Notes: generated by a model from the sequence alone, not told the origin. Shown: positions 47,066 through 58,816, numbered from the stretch's first letter. The stretch: 64,000 nucleotides of DNA from an uncultured Gammaproteobacteria bacterium (GCA_964540475.1 CAZIMC010000003.1:40789-104788); one strand, 5' to 3'. A program made the numbers and translations.

Positions 47066-47740
47066 TTATTTATTTGCTGAGCCTTTTATTTTTGCTAGTA
47101 TTTTTCCGAGAAGATTTTCCTTGCTTCGCTTGTAATAAAGATATAGTAGGATGGTTACAATCCCCATGACTAGGATTATCTTTATAACTGCTTCCCAAGA
47201 ATCAAAACCGTTGGTAATTGCATGAAGCCCCTGATATCCAATTATCAAAAATATCAAATTTCGTATAAAACCGCCCACAACAGTCGATACTATAAATGTT
47301 CTCATATTTAATTTGATAAATCCACAAACTATTGATATTGGTGTTGATGGAACTACAGGTATCGCTCTTAGTATGGTTAGGGTGATATCATCGGCGATTG
47401 TTCCATTAAAATGTTTACCTATACTCTCAACTTCTTTGTGAGTTACACCAATAAATTTTCCGAATCTGGTTAAAAGATAATCCTCAGCTTTATCCGCCAG
47501 TACATAAAAGAAATATGACCCGATGGTTTTTCCTGCGGTTGCAATAAGACTTAACCAGAGCAGGAATATAAGTGGTTTATGTTGAGCGAGTGCGATGGTT
47601 CCAGCTGTCGTAGTTACAAAGGGAGCTGGAATGGGTGCAATTACTTCTTCCAAAATCACACCGAAAAATGTAAAAATCTCCAAGGGAACTTCTTCTGCAA
47701 TCTGAAGCAAGAAATTTTCAATAGCAGCTAGGGATACCAC
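47066..47740 (-). CDS. DedA/SNARE-associated family membrane protein
   Basis: Characteristic re-entrant-loop region with Gly-rich segment; 224 aa. Convergent with eno, with 1 nt between the stop codons. Confidence 0.65.
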   Translation of the reverse strand: MVSLAAIENFLLQIAEEVPLEIFTFFGVILEEVIAPIPAPFVTTTAGTIALAQHKPLIFLLWLSLIATAGKTIGSYFFYVLADKAEDYLLTRFGKFIGVTHKEVESIGKHFNGTIADDITLTILRAIPVVPSTPISIVCGFIKLNMRTFIVSTVVGGFIRNLIFLIIGYQGLHAITNGFDSWEAVIKIILVMGIVTILLYLYYKRSKENLLGKILAKIKGSANK

Positions 47741-47777
47741 AAGGTTATTATACAGAAATTATGGAAAGTAATTTTAT

Positions 47778-48398
47778 CTAATTTCTCCCGTATCTCCTAA
47801 TTAACCCTACGACTTTTCCCTGAATGCGAACGTTTTTAACAAATATGGGTTGCATTTTGGCGTTTGCAGGTTCAAGACGGATTCTAGTTGCCTCCTTATA
47901 GAATCGTTTCAAAGTTGCCATGCCATTATCCAGAAGCGCAACTACAATCTCCCCATTGTTGGCTGTTTCTGTTTGCTCAATTATTACATAATCGCCGTCT
48001 CTGATTTGTTCCTCAATCATTGATTCTCCACGCACCTGCAAAACATAAACTCGCTTTTTACCTGATGCAAAGTTGGCAGGAATACTCATGGAGGCATTTG
48101 GGTCTGTGTATGGCTCAATCGGAGCGCCAGCTGCTATAAATCCTAAAATTGGGACTTCGGGGCCATCTCCTGAAAAATTAACATCACCAACCAGGTCAAT
48201 TGAGCGTTTTTTGTCTGATTCCCTTTTTATTAGTCCTTTTTCTTGAAGGACAGTTAAGTGCTCGTGGACGGTTGCGAGTGAGGACACGCCAATAGCATCT
48301 GCAATTTGTCTCAAAGTGGGAGCAGAACCGGTCGATTGAATATGCTGTCTGATGAAATCTAGAATTTGTGCTTGTCTTTTATAAATAACGGGAGCCAT
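47778..48398 (-). CDS. lexA: LexA repressor (S24 peptidase)
   Basis: N-terminal wHTH (LTVLQEKGLI), cleavage-site Ala-Gly (FIAAGAP), catalytic Ser in VRGESM and Lys further on. Confidence 0.85.
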   Translation of the reverse strand: MAPVIYKRQAQILDFIRQHIQSTGSAPTLRQIADAIGVSSLATVHEHLTVLQEKGLIKRESDKKRSIDLVGDVNFSGDGPEVPILGFIAAGAPIEPYTDPNASMSIPANFASGKKRVYVLQVRGESMIEEQIRDGDYVIIEQTETANNGEIVVALLDNGMATLKRFYKEATRIRLEPANAKMQPIFVKNVRIQGKVVGLIRRYGRN

Positions 48399-48547
48399 AG
48401 TTAAAAATTTTCAATTACCAATTTTTAAGTTACAAGTTTAAAACAAAGATAATACATACAATATACGAATATTACCCGAAGTTGTCAAGGGCTGGTTTCT
48501 GTTCACATATACCACTTTCGGTTTTTGTTGGGGTGTAGTACAATATT

Positions 48548-50584
48548 TTGGTGAATAAATTTAAGCTTCAAGCCAGGTTTGGTCCCACAGCCGACCAGCA
48601 AAATGCCATAGATAAACTTACAGAAGGAGTTCTATCCGGAAAAGACTATCAAGTGCTATTAGGAGTTACGGGTTCAGGTAAGACATTTACTGTCGCCAAT
48701 GTGATTGAAAAGCTTCAGAAACCGACACTAATTATTTCTCACAATAAAACATTAGCCGCACAACTTTATCAAGAAATTCGTGATTTTTTCCCCGATAATG
48801 CAGTCTCGTATTTTGTATCCTACTACGACTATTATCAGCCAGAAGCTTACATACCATCAACCGACACTTATATCGAGAAAGACTCAGATGTCAATGAGCT
48901 AATCGATAAACTTCGTTTGGCAGCAACTACCAATCTTCTAACTAGGCGGGACACGATTGTTATTGCTTCAGTTTCCTGTATTTATAACATAGGTTCTCCT
49001 AAAGAATATGGGGCATTCATATTTGAATTTACACAAGGAATGAAGGTTGACAGAAAACAGGTATTGGATCGCTTGCTTGATTTGCAATACGAAAGAAATG
49101 ATTTTGGGTTCCATAGAGGGACTTTTAGAGTGCGGGGAGATGCAATCGACATCTTTCCAGCCTATCAAGATGAGGCAGTAAGGATTGAACTTCACGGCGA
49201 AAGAGTTAAAAAGGTTTCTTTTATCAATCCACTAACAGGCGAATCAGCTGGAGGCAAGCAGCAAGATATAAGCAGCTTCGTTCTTTTTCCTGCCAAGCAT
49301 TTTATAACTGATCCAGCAAGACATAAGGACGTCTTTGAGCAAATTAGAAGTGATTTAAACCAACAAGTGAAATTTTTGAAGAATAAAGGCAAGATTCTGG
49401 AAGCCCACAGGCTTGCACAGCGAGTTACTTATGATTTGGAAATGATTGCCGAGGTCGGTTACGTTAAAGGCATAGAAAACTACTCTAGATACTTTGAAGG
49501 ACGTATTCCGGGCGATGCTCCATACACACTTTTGGACTACTTTAACCAGCCTTACGGCGATGATTGGCTGGTGGTGGTTGATGAGAGTCACATTACCTTT
49601 CCGCAGATACGGGGTATGTATAACGGTGATCAAGCGAGAAAGAAGACCCTTGTTGATTATGGGTTCAGACTTCCTGCAGCTATGGACAACCGCCCGCTTA
49701 AGTTTGAGGAATTTTTAAGACGAATTCCGAGATTCGTAGCAACAAGCGCAACACCAGCTGAATGGGAAATTTCTCAAGCAAACGGGAATGTCACCGAGCA
49801 ATTATTGAGGCCAACAGGAATACCGGATCCTGAGGTTTCTAGAAGACCGACTAAAAATCAGGTAGCCGATGTGATAGAAGAAATACAAAAACAAATCACC
49901 AAAAAACAGCGAACATTGGTTACCACTTTAACCAAAAAAACTGCAGAGGACCTCTCAAATTACCTTAACGAGAAGGGTATCAAAGTTCACTATTTGCACT
50001 CAGATGTAGATACTCTAGACAGGACTGATATTTTGGATGACTTGCGATCTGGGAAATATGATGTTTTGGTGGGTATCAATTTGCTTCGGGAAGGACTTGA
50101 CTTGCCTGAGGTTTCCCTGGTTGCGATTCTGGACGCTGACAAGGAGGGCTTTTTAAGAAGTGATGTTGCACTTATTCAGACAATGGGTAGAGCAGCTAGG
50201 CATGTTGAGGGCCGTGTGATCTTATATGCCGACGCAATAACCGGATCCATTAGACGAGCGCTGGACGAAGGCAAAAGAAGGCGTGCCTATCAACTTGATA
50301 TGAATAAGAAACTTGGCATAATTCCAAGATCAATTGATAAACCGATTCGCGAAAAGCTTATTGAGCGGGAAGAAGTCAAGGAATATGGCTTATTTGGATT
50401 GAAAAAGGAGTCAGTATACCAGCAGTTGCCTCATCTTGAAATAGATGGCTTAACCCCCATGGACAGAAAACGTTTAGCCAAGAATTTGAGGAAAGAGATG
50501 GTAATGGCTGCACAAGACTTAAATTTTGAACTCGCAGCTGAAATTAGAGACAAAATAAAGGAAATTGAAAGCTTTGAATACTAA
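48548..50584 (+). CDS. uvrB: Excinuclease ABC subunit B (TTG start)
   Basis: GVTGSGKT Walker A, helicase motifs, and the C-terminal UVR domain ([12 protein letters not shown]). Confidence 0.95.
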   Translation: MVNKFKLQARFGPTADQQNAIDKLTEGVLSGKDYQVLLGVTGSGKTFTVANVIEKLQKPTLIISHNKTLAAQLYQEIRDFFPDNAVSYFVSYYDYYQPEAYIPSTDTYIEKDSDVNELIDKLRLAATTNLLTRRDTIVIASVSCIYNIGSPKEYGAFIFEFTQGMKVDRKQVLDRLLDLQYERNDFGFHRGTFRVRGDAIDIFPAYQDEAVRIELHGERVKKVSFINPLTGESAGGKQQDISSFVLFPAKHFITDPARHKDVFEQIRSDLNQQVKFLKNKGKILEAHRLAQRVTYDLEMIAEVGYVKGIENYSRYFEGRIPGDAPYTLLDYFNQPYGDDWLVVVDESHITFPQIRGMYNGDQARKKTLVDYGFRLPAAMDNRPLKFEEFLRRIPRFVATSATPAEWEISQANGNVTEQLLRPTGIPDPEVSRRPTKNQVADVIEEIQKQITKKQRTLVTTLTKKTAEDLSNYLNEKGIKVHYLHSDVDTLDRTDILDDLRSGKYDVLVGINLLREGLDLPEVSLVAILDADKEGFLRSDVALIQTMGRAARHVEGRVILYADAITGSIRRALDEGKRRRAYQLDMNKKLGIIPRSIDKPIREKLIEREEVKEYGLFGLKKESVYQQLPHLEIDGLTPMDRKRLAKNLRKEMVMAAQDLNFELAAEIRDKIKEIESFEY

Positions 50585-50620
50585 TAATACCCGAAGATCA
50601 AGTGTTTAGTTTGTGGTACA

Positions 50621-53602
50621 ATGTTTTCTCCGCCGGTAAACCGACGGGGACTTGATATGGATAATTTCATTAAAATTCGTGGTGCTAGGCAACATAATCT
50701 TAAAAATGTTGATTTAGATATTCCCAAAAATAAGCTTGTGGTTTTTACAGGAGTTTCTGGTAGCGGCAAAAGCTCACTGGCTTTTGACACAATCTACGCA
50801 GAAGGTCAGAGGAGATATGTCGAAAGCTTAAGTTCCTACGCAAGGCAATTTTTGGGTGTTATGGAGAAGCCTGATGTTGATGCTATAGAAGGACTTTCTC
50901 CTGCTATATCAATTGATCAGAAAACCACCTCACATAACCCACGCTCGACGGTGGGTACTGTAACTGAGATTTATGACTATATGCGCCTATTATTCGCTAG
51001 AATTGGTCACCCACATTGCCCGGTTTGTGGCCGCGAAATAAGCAGACAATCTTTAGATCAGATTGTTGAGCAGGCAGTTAAGCTTATTGTAACTACTGCT
51101 AAACAAGAAAAGAGGGCATGGTTTTTAGTACTTTCCCCAGTTGTGGTTGATAGAAAGGGTGAATTTTCTTCTCTTTTGGATAATTTAAAAGCAAAGGGGT
51201 ATAGGCAAGTTCGAGTTGATGGGCTGATAAAAGACATCAGTGAAGATTTTGTGCTGATAAAAACTAACAAGCACACAATTGAGGTTGTGATTGACAGGCT
51301 TGCAGTTGGGCGCGACAACCTCAAAGATGAGATATTTATTAACAATATTAGGTCACGGCTCGCGGAATCTATCCAGCAATCTCTTAATCTTTCGGACGGC
51401 TTGGTAAAACTTTCTCAAGTTAACGACACGGGCTTTGAAATGCCAGAATTTCCAAAAAGGTTTACCGACCACCTGTTTTCAGAGCGTTTTGCATGTCCGA
51501 TTGATAATATACAGCTGGAAGAAATTGAACCTAGGACTTTTTCATTTAATTCTCCGCAAGGAGCTTGTCCAACCTGTTCGGGCCTAGGAAAAATTTTAAA
51601 AGTGGATCCTGTACTAGTTTTTTCAGATGGTTTGACGATTCTGGAAGGGGGTATTTTGCCGTTTTCTACAATGTTCGAGAACGACACTTGGTATTCAAGA
51701 ATTATTCTTAAAGTTTGTAGCGAAAATAACATTGACCCCCGAGTTCCTATAAAAGACCTGTCAGAGGAGGCGAGAACTGTCTTATTGTACGGAACCGGCT
51801 CAAAGGAATATAGAGTAGAAGGGACTAATAGACAAGGAAGGCTAACAAATATATGGGAAACTTTTCCGGGGATTGTAAAAGAATTAGAAAGAAGGCACCT
51901 TGAAACTGAATCGGACTGGGTCCGTGAGGAAATTAAAAAATATATGCGGGAGCAGGTCTGTCCTACCTGTAATGGTGCGAGACTCAAGAAAGAGGCGCTT
52001 TCAATAACCATAACTTCATTACCCATTAGCAAGGTAACCGAAATGGCTATATCAGAAACACTCCAGTGGGTAAAAGAGCTCTCATCCGGATCAGGGCTTA
52101 CAGAGCGGGAAAGACAAATTAGTAAGTTAATATTAAACGAAATAAGTGAAAGACTTGTCTTTTTAATTTCTGTGGGACTTGAGTACATAACTCTTGCAAG
52201 AGAGGCCGGTACGCTTTCCGGTGGTGAGGCGCAGCGTATTAGGCTTGCAAGTCAAATAGGCTCAGGACTAACGGGTGTGCTGTATGTTCTGGATGAGCCC
52301 ACCATCGGACTTCACCAGAGGGACAACCAAAGACTTATAGACACACTTAAGAGGCTGCGGGATTTGGGTAATACAGTTGTAGTAGTTGAACATGACACAG
52401 AGATGATGAGGCAAGCTGACTATATTGTTGATTTCGGACCACAGGCAGGAAAGTACGGGGGCGAAATAATTTCCCAAGGTACACCCTCAGAAATTGAAAA
52501 ACAAGAAAGCTCTATTACGGGTAAGTATCTTTCTGGAAAAAGGAAAATTGAAGCAATTAATCCCCCAAAAGCAGAATATTTAGGATCTAACTATTTGTTA
52601 GATAAGCCCAACTATTTTGGTAAGAGCCTAAGTTTTAAAGGTTGTTCCCAATTTAACCTTAAAAATATAGATGTAGACATACCACTGGGTAAACTGGTTT
52701 GTATAACAGGTGTTTCTGGGAGTGGGAAATCAACGCTTCTAGTTGATACCATTTATCCGGCACTTGCGAAGAGGCTTAATCCCCTCTTTCGTGGCGAGGA
52801 AGGTAGGTTTAAAAGTGTGCATAACTATGATCTTTTAGATAAAGTAATTTTAGTTGACCAGTCTCCAATTGGAAAAACTCCACGAAGCAACCCGGCAACA
52901 TACACGGGAGTATTTGACCCAATCCGTGAAGTTTTTGCCCAGACTAGAGAGGCTAGGGCATATGGATTTAATAAGGGAAGATTCTCGTTTAATCTAAAAG
53001 GCGGTAGATGCGAAGCTTGTGAAGGGCAGGGTCAAATTAAAATTGAAATGCAGTTTATGAGTGATATTTGGATAACCTGCGAAGTGTGTAGTGGAAGGCG
53101 TTATAACGCCCAGACGCTTGAAATTGTTTATAAAGGGAAAAATATATCTGAGGTTTTAGAAATGAATATTGATGAGGCCAAGGAGTTTTTCCACGCGCAT
53201 CCGAAAATTATTTCGAAAATTGAAACCTTGTCATTGGTTGGACTTGACTATATGCAATTAGGCCAACCTGCAACGACCTTATCGGGCGGCGAAGCCCAAA
53301 GAGTTAAGCTTGCAACTGAGCTATCTAAGCGTTCTACGGGTAAGACTTTCTATATTCTGGATGAGCCAACAACGGGTTTGCATTTCGCAGATGTTGAGAG
53401 ACTGCTGAAAGTATTGAAACTTTTGGTTTCAAAAGGGAATACGGTTTGTGTTATTGAACACAATCTTGATGTAATCAAAAATGCTGATTGGGTTATTGAT
53501 TTGGGCCCAGATGGCGGACAGTTTGGTGGTGAAATTGTAGCAGCCGGAACGCCTCAAGAAGTCAAGAAAGTTGATAGTTCGTATACTGCAAAGTATCTTT
53601 GA
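50621..53602 (+). CDS. uvrA: Excinuclease ABC subunit A
   Basis: Two ABC ATPase cassettes ([10 protein letters not shown] and [10 protein letters not shown]; LSGGEAQRI repeated) with Zn-finger insertions. Confidence 0.95.
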   Translation: MFSPPVNRRGLDMDNFIKIRGARQHNLKNVDLDIPKNKLVVFTGVSGSGKSSLAFDTIYAEGQRRYVESLSSYARQFLGVMEKPDVDAIEGLSPAISIDQKTTSHNPRSTVGTVTEIYDYMRLLFARIGHPHCPVCGREISRQSLDQIVEQAVKLIVTTAKQEKRAWFLVLSPVVVDRKGEFSSLLDNLKAKGYRQVRVDGLIKDISEDFVLIKTNKHTIEVVIDRLAVGRDNLKDEIFINNIRSRLAESIQQSLNLSDGLVKLSQVNDTGFEMPEFPKRFTDHLFSERFACPIDNIQLEEIEPRTFSFNSPQGACPTCSGLGKILKVDPVLVFSDGLTILEGGILPFSTMFENDTWYSRIILKVCSENNIDPRVPIKDLSEEARTVLLYGTGSKEYRVEGTNRQGRLTNIWETFPGIVKELERRHLETESDWVREEIKKYMREQVCPTCNGARLKKEALSITITSLPISKVTEMAISETLQWVKELSSGSGLTERERQISKLILNEISERLVFLISVGLEYITLAREAGTLSGGEAQRIRLASQIGSGLTGVLYVLDEPTIGLHQRDNQRLIDTLKRLRDLGNTVVVVEHDTEMMRQADYIVDFGPQAGKYGGEIISQGTPSEIEKQESSITGKYLSGKRKIEAINPPKAEYLGSNYLLDKPNYFGKSLSFKGCSQFNLKNIDVDIPLGKLVCITGVSGSGKSTLLVDTIYPALAKRLNPLFRGEEGRFKSVHNYDLLDKVILVDQSPIGKTPRSNPATYTGVFDPIREVFAQTREARAYGFNKGRFSFNLKGGRCEACEGQGQIKIEMQFMSDIWITCEVCSGRRYNAQTLEIVYKGKNISEVLEMNIDEAKEFFHAHPKIISKIETLSLVGLDYMQLGQPATTLSGGEAQRVKLATELSKRSTGKTFYILDEPTTGLHFADVERLLKVLKLLVSKGNTVCVIEHNLDVIKNADWVIDLGPDGGQFGGEIVAAGTPQEVKKVDSSYTAKYL

Positions 53603-53617
53603 CATATACTTTTAATA

Positions 53618-55489
53618 ATGAGGCAGTTTTTAATAAGCATACTTACCGTACTATTATTTGCCTTCGCATATTTGCCGGTAACAGCTTCTGATGAATTCAA
53701 AACTAGCGTTGATATAACTTACGATGTGAATGGTGATGGTTCGTCTTTGGTAACCTACAACATAACGCTTGAAAATTTATTTTCCCATCTTCAGGCAACC
53801 AGCTACACCCTGGTTTTGGATAACATCCGAAGCGACAACCCCAGAGCATACGAGGCAGGTAGACTACTACCACAAGAACTTTTATCAGAGTCAGGTAAAA
53901 CAATGATAAAGGTTAATTTTGATACTCCCGTTGTCGGAAAGGGAGCGAGAAGAAACTTCTCAATTGTCTTTAACCAAGACAATGTTGCAACAAAAACAGG
54001 AGAAGTGTGGGAAGTTAATATCCCAGGCGTATCTGACTCAGCCGGTTTTTCGGACTACAATATTAATCTTAGCGTTCCTGATATTTTTGGGACAGCTGCA
54101 TATATTTCGCCTGATCCAGATCGTACGCATACAACTTTGGGGAAGAAATATTTTGTATTTGGTAGCGAGAAATTAAAAACCACTGGAATAACTGCAGGTT
54201 TTGGTGCATTTCAAGTATTTTCTTTCGACATAAGTTACCATCTGGAAAATCCTCTTAACAGGCAATCTGCAATGGAGATTGCGATTCCGCCAGACACTGC
54301 AATGCAAAGGGTGTTTTATGAACAGATAACTCCACTTCCCGCAAAGGTTCACTCCACAATTGACGGCAACTGGTTGGTAACGTATGAGCTAAAACCCAGG
54401 GAGCGCATAGATGTGAGAGCCACTGGCTCAGTTCAGATATTTGCAGGGCCAATACCGTTTCTGGTGCCGACTGCCGATACACTTAAAGCCAATTTAAGCG
54501 AAGATCAATATTGGGAAACAAGCGATCTGCAAATCAAAACCTTAGCCAGCAACTTAAAAACACCCAAAGCGATTTACGATTATGTTTCAAGCAACTTATC
54601 ATACGACTATGGCCGTGTACAACCAAACGTGGAGCGAAAGGGGGCAAAAGCAGCTCTTCTAAACCCAACTAGCGCTATTTGTATGGAGTTTACGGATCTA
54701 TTTATTGCGCTAGCCAGAGCGGCTGGAATTCCAGCAAGAGAAATTAATGGGTACGCTTATACCGAAAACCCTGAAATACAACCTCTATCCCTGGTGTCTG
54801 ATGTCCTACATGCCTGGCCAGAATACTGGGACGAAAGAAGAAAGGTGTGGGTACCAGTCGATCCTACATGGGGAGCAACAACCGGCGGTATAGACTTTTT
54901 TAACAAACTTGACCTTAGACATTTTACTTTTGTTATACACGGAGAAAGTTCAACAAAACCTTTCCCACCTGGATCGTATAAGTTGGGTGCTGAACCACAG
55001 AAGGACGTGTATGTTGATTTTGGTAGTTTGCCGGCAAAAAGGAGTTCCGAGCCCGAAATTCAAGTGTTTGAAAAAACTAACCTACCGTTCTTTTTTCAAA
55101 AATTTGTAGTTACACTAACTAACCCTGGGCCTTCTGCATTATATGATTTGCCGATATCAGTTGAATTTGATGGCGACCTAAAATCAGAACAATCCATAAA
55201 GGTATTACCACCCCTTGCAAGCTATACGTTCGAAGTAAGGGTCCCATTTAGTTTTTTGGGAAGCTCAACGCCGCACACACTGACCGTGGGGGCAGGTGAA
55301 ACCAATGCTACCGTTGTGACTGCAAAAAATCAGATAATTGTCTACAGTCTGCTTATATTTTGTATACTTGTTATTTCGCTTATAATATTACTTCTATTAA
55401 AGTTAAAAAGAAATTTTGCAAAAAAAGCGTTTTCATCAATATTTAATATATGGAAGATAATTTACAAAAGGTTACAAAGATTCAATTAA
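53618..55489 (+). CDS. Secreted, C-terminally membrane-anchored transglutaminase-like (Cys-His-Asp) protein
   Basis: Signal peptide; AICMEFTDLF (Cys), LHAWPEYW (His), VDPTWG (Asp) transglutaminase-core triad; C-terminal TM. Confidence 0.7.
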   Translation: MRQFLISILTVLLFAFAYLPVTASDEFKTSVDITYDVNGDGSSLVTYNITLENLFSHLQATSYTLVLDNIRSDNPRAYEAGRLLPQELLSESGKTMIKVNFDTPVVGKGARRNFSIVFNQDNVATKTGEVWEVNIPGVSDSAGFSDYNINLSVPDIFGTAAYISPDPDRTHTTLGKKYFVFGSEKLKTTGITAGFGAFQVFSFDISYHLENPLNRQSAMEIAIPPDTAMQRVFYEQITPLPAKVHSTIDGNWLVTYELKPRERIDVRATGSVQIFAGPIPFLVPTADTLKANLSEDQYWETSDLQIKTLASNLKTPKAIYDYVSSNLSYDYGRVQPNVERKGAKAALLNPTSAICMEFTDLFIALARAAGIPAREINGYAYTENPEIQPLSLVSDVLHAWPEYWDERRKVWVPVDPTWGATTGGIDFFNKLDLRHFTFVIHGESSTKPFPPGSYKLGAEPQKDVYVDFGSLPAKRSSEPEIQVFEKTNLPFFFQKFVVTLTNPGPSALYDLPISVEFDGDLKSEQSIKVLPPLASYTFEVRVPFSFLGSSTPHTLTVGAGETNATVVTAKNQIIVYSLLIFCILVISLIILLLLKLKRNFAKKAFSSIFNIWKIIYKRLQRFN

Positions 55490-56793
55490 CTGAATTAGAC
55501 ATAAAAAGATTGCCTGAAGAGTCAGGGGTATATATTTTTTGGCGAGCAAATACAATTAACTATATTGGCAAAGCGAAAAATATAAAGGCTAGAGTCTCCA
55601 GCTATTTTAACCTGAATCTGGATCCAAAGACCACTCAAATGATATCGGCCTCGGATTCTCTTTCTTTCATTAAAGTAACATCCGAGCTAGAAAGTCTGCT
55701 TTTGGAGGCACACCTAATAAGAACACAAAAACCTAAATACAACACAATCTCAAAGGACGATAAAAACCCATTATATATAAAAATCACTAAAGAGGAGTTT
55801 CCGCGTATTCTTTCGGTAAGGAAGCAAGATTTAATACCCGGTACGTCTATGCAAGTGTTCGGACCCTTTCCTTCCTCTCTTAATGTCAAAAGGGTACTTA
55901 GAATGATTAGGCGCATATTTCCTTTTTCAGATCATAAAATTGGTAAAAGAGCTTGTATTGAAAGCCACATGGGTCTATGCGACCCCTGTCCTTCTGTTAT
56001 AAATCACATTGCAGAGAGGGAAGCAAAACTGTTATTAAAAAGAAAGTACATGAGAAATATAGGAATGATTAGAAAAGTATTGTCTCGTCAAGTTAACCCT
56101 GTATTAAAAAGTTTACAACTGCAGATGAGTCATAAATCCTCCAATAGAGATTTTGAAGAAGCCGCAGAAATTAGGGACAAAATTAACCGATTAAATTACA
56201 TAACGCAGCCAATTATTCCGAAAGAGATGTTTTTAGAAAATCCGAATTTGTCTAACGATATAAAAGATAAAGAACTAACTGAACTGGAATCTCTACTCAC
56301 TACATTATTGGGAAGAATAAACCTAGCCAGGATTGAATGCTTCGATGTTTCCCATCTGGCTGGTGTTGCACCAACTGCTTCTATGGTTGTATTTATAGAT
56401 GGCGTCCCCGACAAGAGCCATTATAGGCACTTCAGGATTAACCAGAAGAAAGGGAATGATGATATTTCATCAATGAAAGAGGTTATACGAAGAAGAGTAA
56501 AACACTTTGAAGACTGGGGCACACCGGACATGATTGTTGTTGACGGTGGCAAAACGCAAGTACAAGCTTTTCTTGATAGCATAAGCCGGGACGACATAAA
56601 AATTGTAGGTCTTGCTAAAAGGCTAGAAACTCTTGTGATACCACAGCGCGGTGGGAAAACAGGTTTCACAGAGCTTAGAATTCCTGCCGGCAACGCACTC
56701 AACCTTCTCCAAAGGATTCGAGACGAGGCCCACAGGTTTGCTAGGCGCTACCATCATCATCTTCTTAAAAAACGATTAATACCAGTTTCTTGA
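55450..56793 (+). CDS. uvrC: Excinuclease ABC subunit C, short form lacking the C-terminal (HhH)2
   Basis: GIY-YIG (GVYIFW...YIGKAKNIKARV), UVR motif ([13 protein letters not shown]), and the RNaseH-like endonuclease domain. Confidence 0.85.
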   Translation: MEDNLQKVTKIQLTELDIKRLPEESGVYIFWRANTINYIGKAKNIKARVSSYFNLNLDPKTTQMISASDSLSFIKVTSELESLLLEAHLIRTQKPKYNTISKDDKNPLYIKITKEEFPRILSVRKQDLIPGTSMQVFGPFPSSLNVKRVLRMIRRIFPFSDHKIGKRACIESHMGLCDPCPSVINHIAEREAKLLLKRKYMRNIGMIRKVLSRQVNPVLKSLQLQMSHKSSNRDFEEAAEIRDKINRLNYITQPIIPKEMFLENPNLSNDIKDKELTELESLLTTLLGRINLARIECFDVSHLAGVAPTASMVVFIDGVPDKSHYRHFRINQKKGNDDISSMKEVIRRRVKHFEDWGTPDMIVVDGGKTQVQAFLDSISRDDIKIVGLAKRLETLVIPQRGGKTGFTELRIPAGNALNLLQRIRDEAHRFARRYHHHLLKKRLIPVS

Positions 56794-56826
56794 CAAAAGG
56801 TTCGCTTCCATGAATACTTAAAATGT

Positions 56827-57228
56827 ATGAAGCGTCTCTTCAGGCTTTATATATTCGACACACTTTCTTTGTATCTTGCATCACTTGTTGCTGCTGGTTT
56901 GGTATTTGAGAATGGTGGACAAACATTACTTCTTTCGGGTATAGTTTTGACTGCCACTTCCATCGTTGCTCGGCCTATTTTGAACCTCTTATTATTGCCA
57001 TTAAATTTAATCACCTTCGGGTTTTTTAAATGGGTGTCGTCTGTTGCTGCTCTTTACATAGTTACGCTTATTGTCCCCGGATTTAAAATCCTACACTTTA
57101 ATTTTTCTGGTTTTTCTTCAGTATGGATTGATATTCCCAGTTTTTTCTTAAGCGGTATCATGTCGTTTATTGCGTTTTCTTTCACTGTTTCAATTATCTC
57201 CTCTGCGATTCAATGGCTATCTAAATAA
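56827..57228 (+). CDS. 4-TM membrane protein resembling the phage-holin-4_2 / DUF-type small membrane family
   Basis: Hydropathy and spacing of four helices; no catalytic motif. Confidence 0.4.
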   Translation: MKRLFRLYIFDTLSLYLASLVAAGLVFENGGQTLLLSGIVLTATSIVARPILNLLLLPLNLITFGFFKWVSSVAALYIVTLIVPGFKILHFNFSGFSSVWIDIPSFFLSGIMSFIAFSFTVSIISSAIQWLSK

Positions 57229-57264
57229 TTTGGAGTATAGCAACCAGACTGGTATAATATTCCT

Positions 57265-57480
57265 GTGAGAGAAGTTATTTTTACACTACAAATTGTAGTA
57301 AGTGTCTTACTCATAGGATCAATCCTGATTCAAAATAAAGGTGTTGGCTTTGGTAGGGTATGGGGCGGTGGTAGTCAGACGTCATTTACAAGAAGAGGGC
57401 TGGAGAAGCTCGTGTTTAAATCTACTTTTGCCTTGGTTGCACTCTTCATTATCCTTTCGGTCGTGCAACTTTTTATCTAG
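57265..57480 (+). CDS. secG: Preprotein translocase subunit SecG
   Basis: Two TM helices flanking the Gly-rich loop NKGVGFGRVWGGGSQ. Confidence 0.75.
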   Translation: MREVIFTLQIVVSVLLIGSILIQNKGVGFGRVWGGGSQTSFTRRGLEKLVFKSTFALVALFIILSVVQLFI

Positions 57481-57493
57481 AAATTGTCAATAG

Positions 57494-58816
57494 ATGCCTA
57501 ACTTTAGATATTATCTTCGACTGATTGTGGCTTTTGTCGTTAGGTTTAAGGTGATTCTTCTGGTGGGAATTTTTGTGGGAGCAGTATTGTTTGTAATCAT
57601 TACCTATTTCTGGAAGTTTATATCCAGTCCACAAATTGCGCGGATTGGCATAACCGGCAGGTACAGGCCAGACTCACTTCCCGTTACTATTCTTGAGCAA
57701 GTGGGTGAAGGTCTTACTCGGTTTGGCGAAAATGGGTCAGTTGAGCCTGGTCTGGCTTCGTCATGGAGTACAACGGACAGTGGTAAAACCTGGATATTTG
57801 AGTTGAGAGATGACGCAACGTGGCAAGACGGTCAGAATGTAACAAGCCAGACTATAAGTTATGATTTTAGCGACGTACAGGTAGAGAAGCCTGATGACAA
57901 GACAATAATATTCAAACTGGAAAATGCATATGGTGCTTTTCCTTCCGTAGTTTCAAAACCAATATTTAAACAAGGGTTACTAGGAACGGGTAATTGGAAA
58001 GTTACTAATATGTCAGTTTCGGGGAATTTTGTACAGGAGCTGGTTGTGACGAATGAATCCCGTGGTAAAAAGATATATAAATTTTATCCAACAGAAGACA
58101 GGGCCAAATTAGCCTTTAAATTGGGTGAGGTTGACGAAATTCATGGTATATTTGATCCAGAACCATTTACAAACTGGAAAACTGCTCGCGTTGAGCAAGC
58201 AACGAATCTAAACAAAGTGGCGGCTATATTCTTAAACATCCAGGACCCTCTATTGAGCGAAAAATCATTTAGGCAGGCTCTGGGATATGCTATTAACAAA
58301 GATGAGTTTGAAAGCCCAAGAGCAATCGGTCCGATATCACCACTGTCGTGGGCTTATAATCCGCAGGTAAAAACATATAATTACGATCCAAAGAGGGCAA
58401 CTGAATTAACCAAAGATTTACCTGATTCAGGCAAGGAAGGTCTGGAGTTACAGCTAATAAGTTCCCCAACATTCTTTAGCGCCGCAGAAATAGTAGCGAA
58501 AAACTGGACCGATGCTGGTATTAAAACTACTGTTCAGGTGTCTCCTGGCATCCCCTCAGAATATCAAGCCTTCTTGGTTGTATTTGACATACCTAAAGAT
58601 CCCGACCAGTATGTTTTGTGGCATTCTACTCAAACTGCAACTAATATCTCGAAATACCAGAATGCACGGATAGATAAACTTCTGGAAGATGGGCGTATGG
58701 AGGTTGATGTTGAAGGAAGAAAGAGGATATATTTAGATTTTCAACGTTTTTTGCTGGAAGATTTACCAGCAATCTTTCTTTTTCACCCAACAACATACAC
58801 AGTTACACGAAATTAA
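57494..58816 (+). CDS. Membrane-anchored solute-binding protein, family 5 (Opp/Dpp-like), with no adjacent permease or ATPase
   Basis: N-terminal TM; GLTRFGENGSVEPGLASSWSTTDSGKTWIFELRDDATWQDG is the SBP_bac_5 N-lobe pattern. Confidence 0.65.
   Translation: MPNFRYYLRLIVAFVVRFKVILLVGIFVGAVLFVIITYFWKFISSPQIARIGITGRYRPDSLPVTILEQVGEGLTRFGENGSVEPGLASSWSTTDSGKTWIFELRDDATWQDGQNVTSQTISYDFSDVQVEKPDDKTIIFKLENAYGAFPSVVSKPIFKQGLLGTGNWKVTNMSVSGNFVQELVVTNESRGKKIYKFYPTEDRAKLAFKLGEVDEIHGIFDPEPFTNWKTARVEQATNLNKVAAIFLNIQDPLLSEKSFRQALGYAINKDEFESPRAIGPISPLSWAYNPQVKTYNYDPKRATELTKDLPDSGKEGLELQLISSPTFFSAAEIVAKNWTDAGIKTTVQVSPGIPSEYQAFLVVFDIPKDPDQYVLWHSTQTATNISKYQNARIDKLLEDGRMEVDVEGRKRIYLDFQRFLLEDLPAIFLFHPTTYTVTRN

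Noticed and set aside
51415-52188. 257-aa minus-strand ORF inside uvrA, plus similar internal ORFs in ileS, dnaE, uvrB and ppsA
   Set aside because: They lie entirely within conserved, motif-bearing genes on the other strand and have no independent support.
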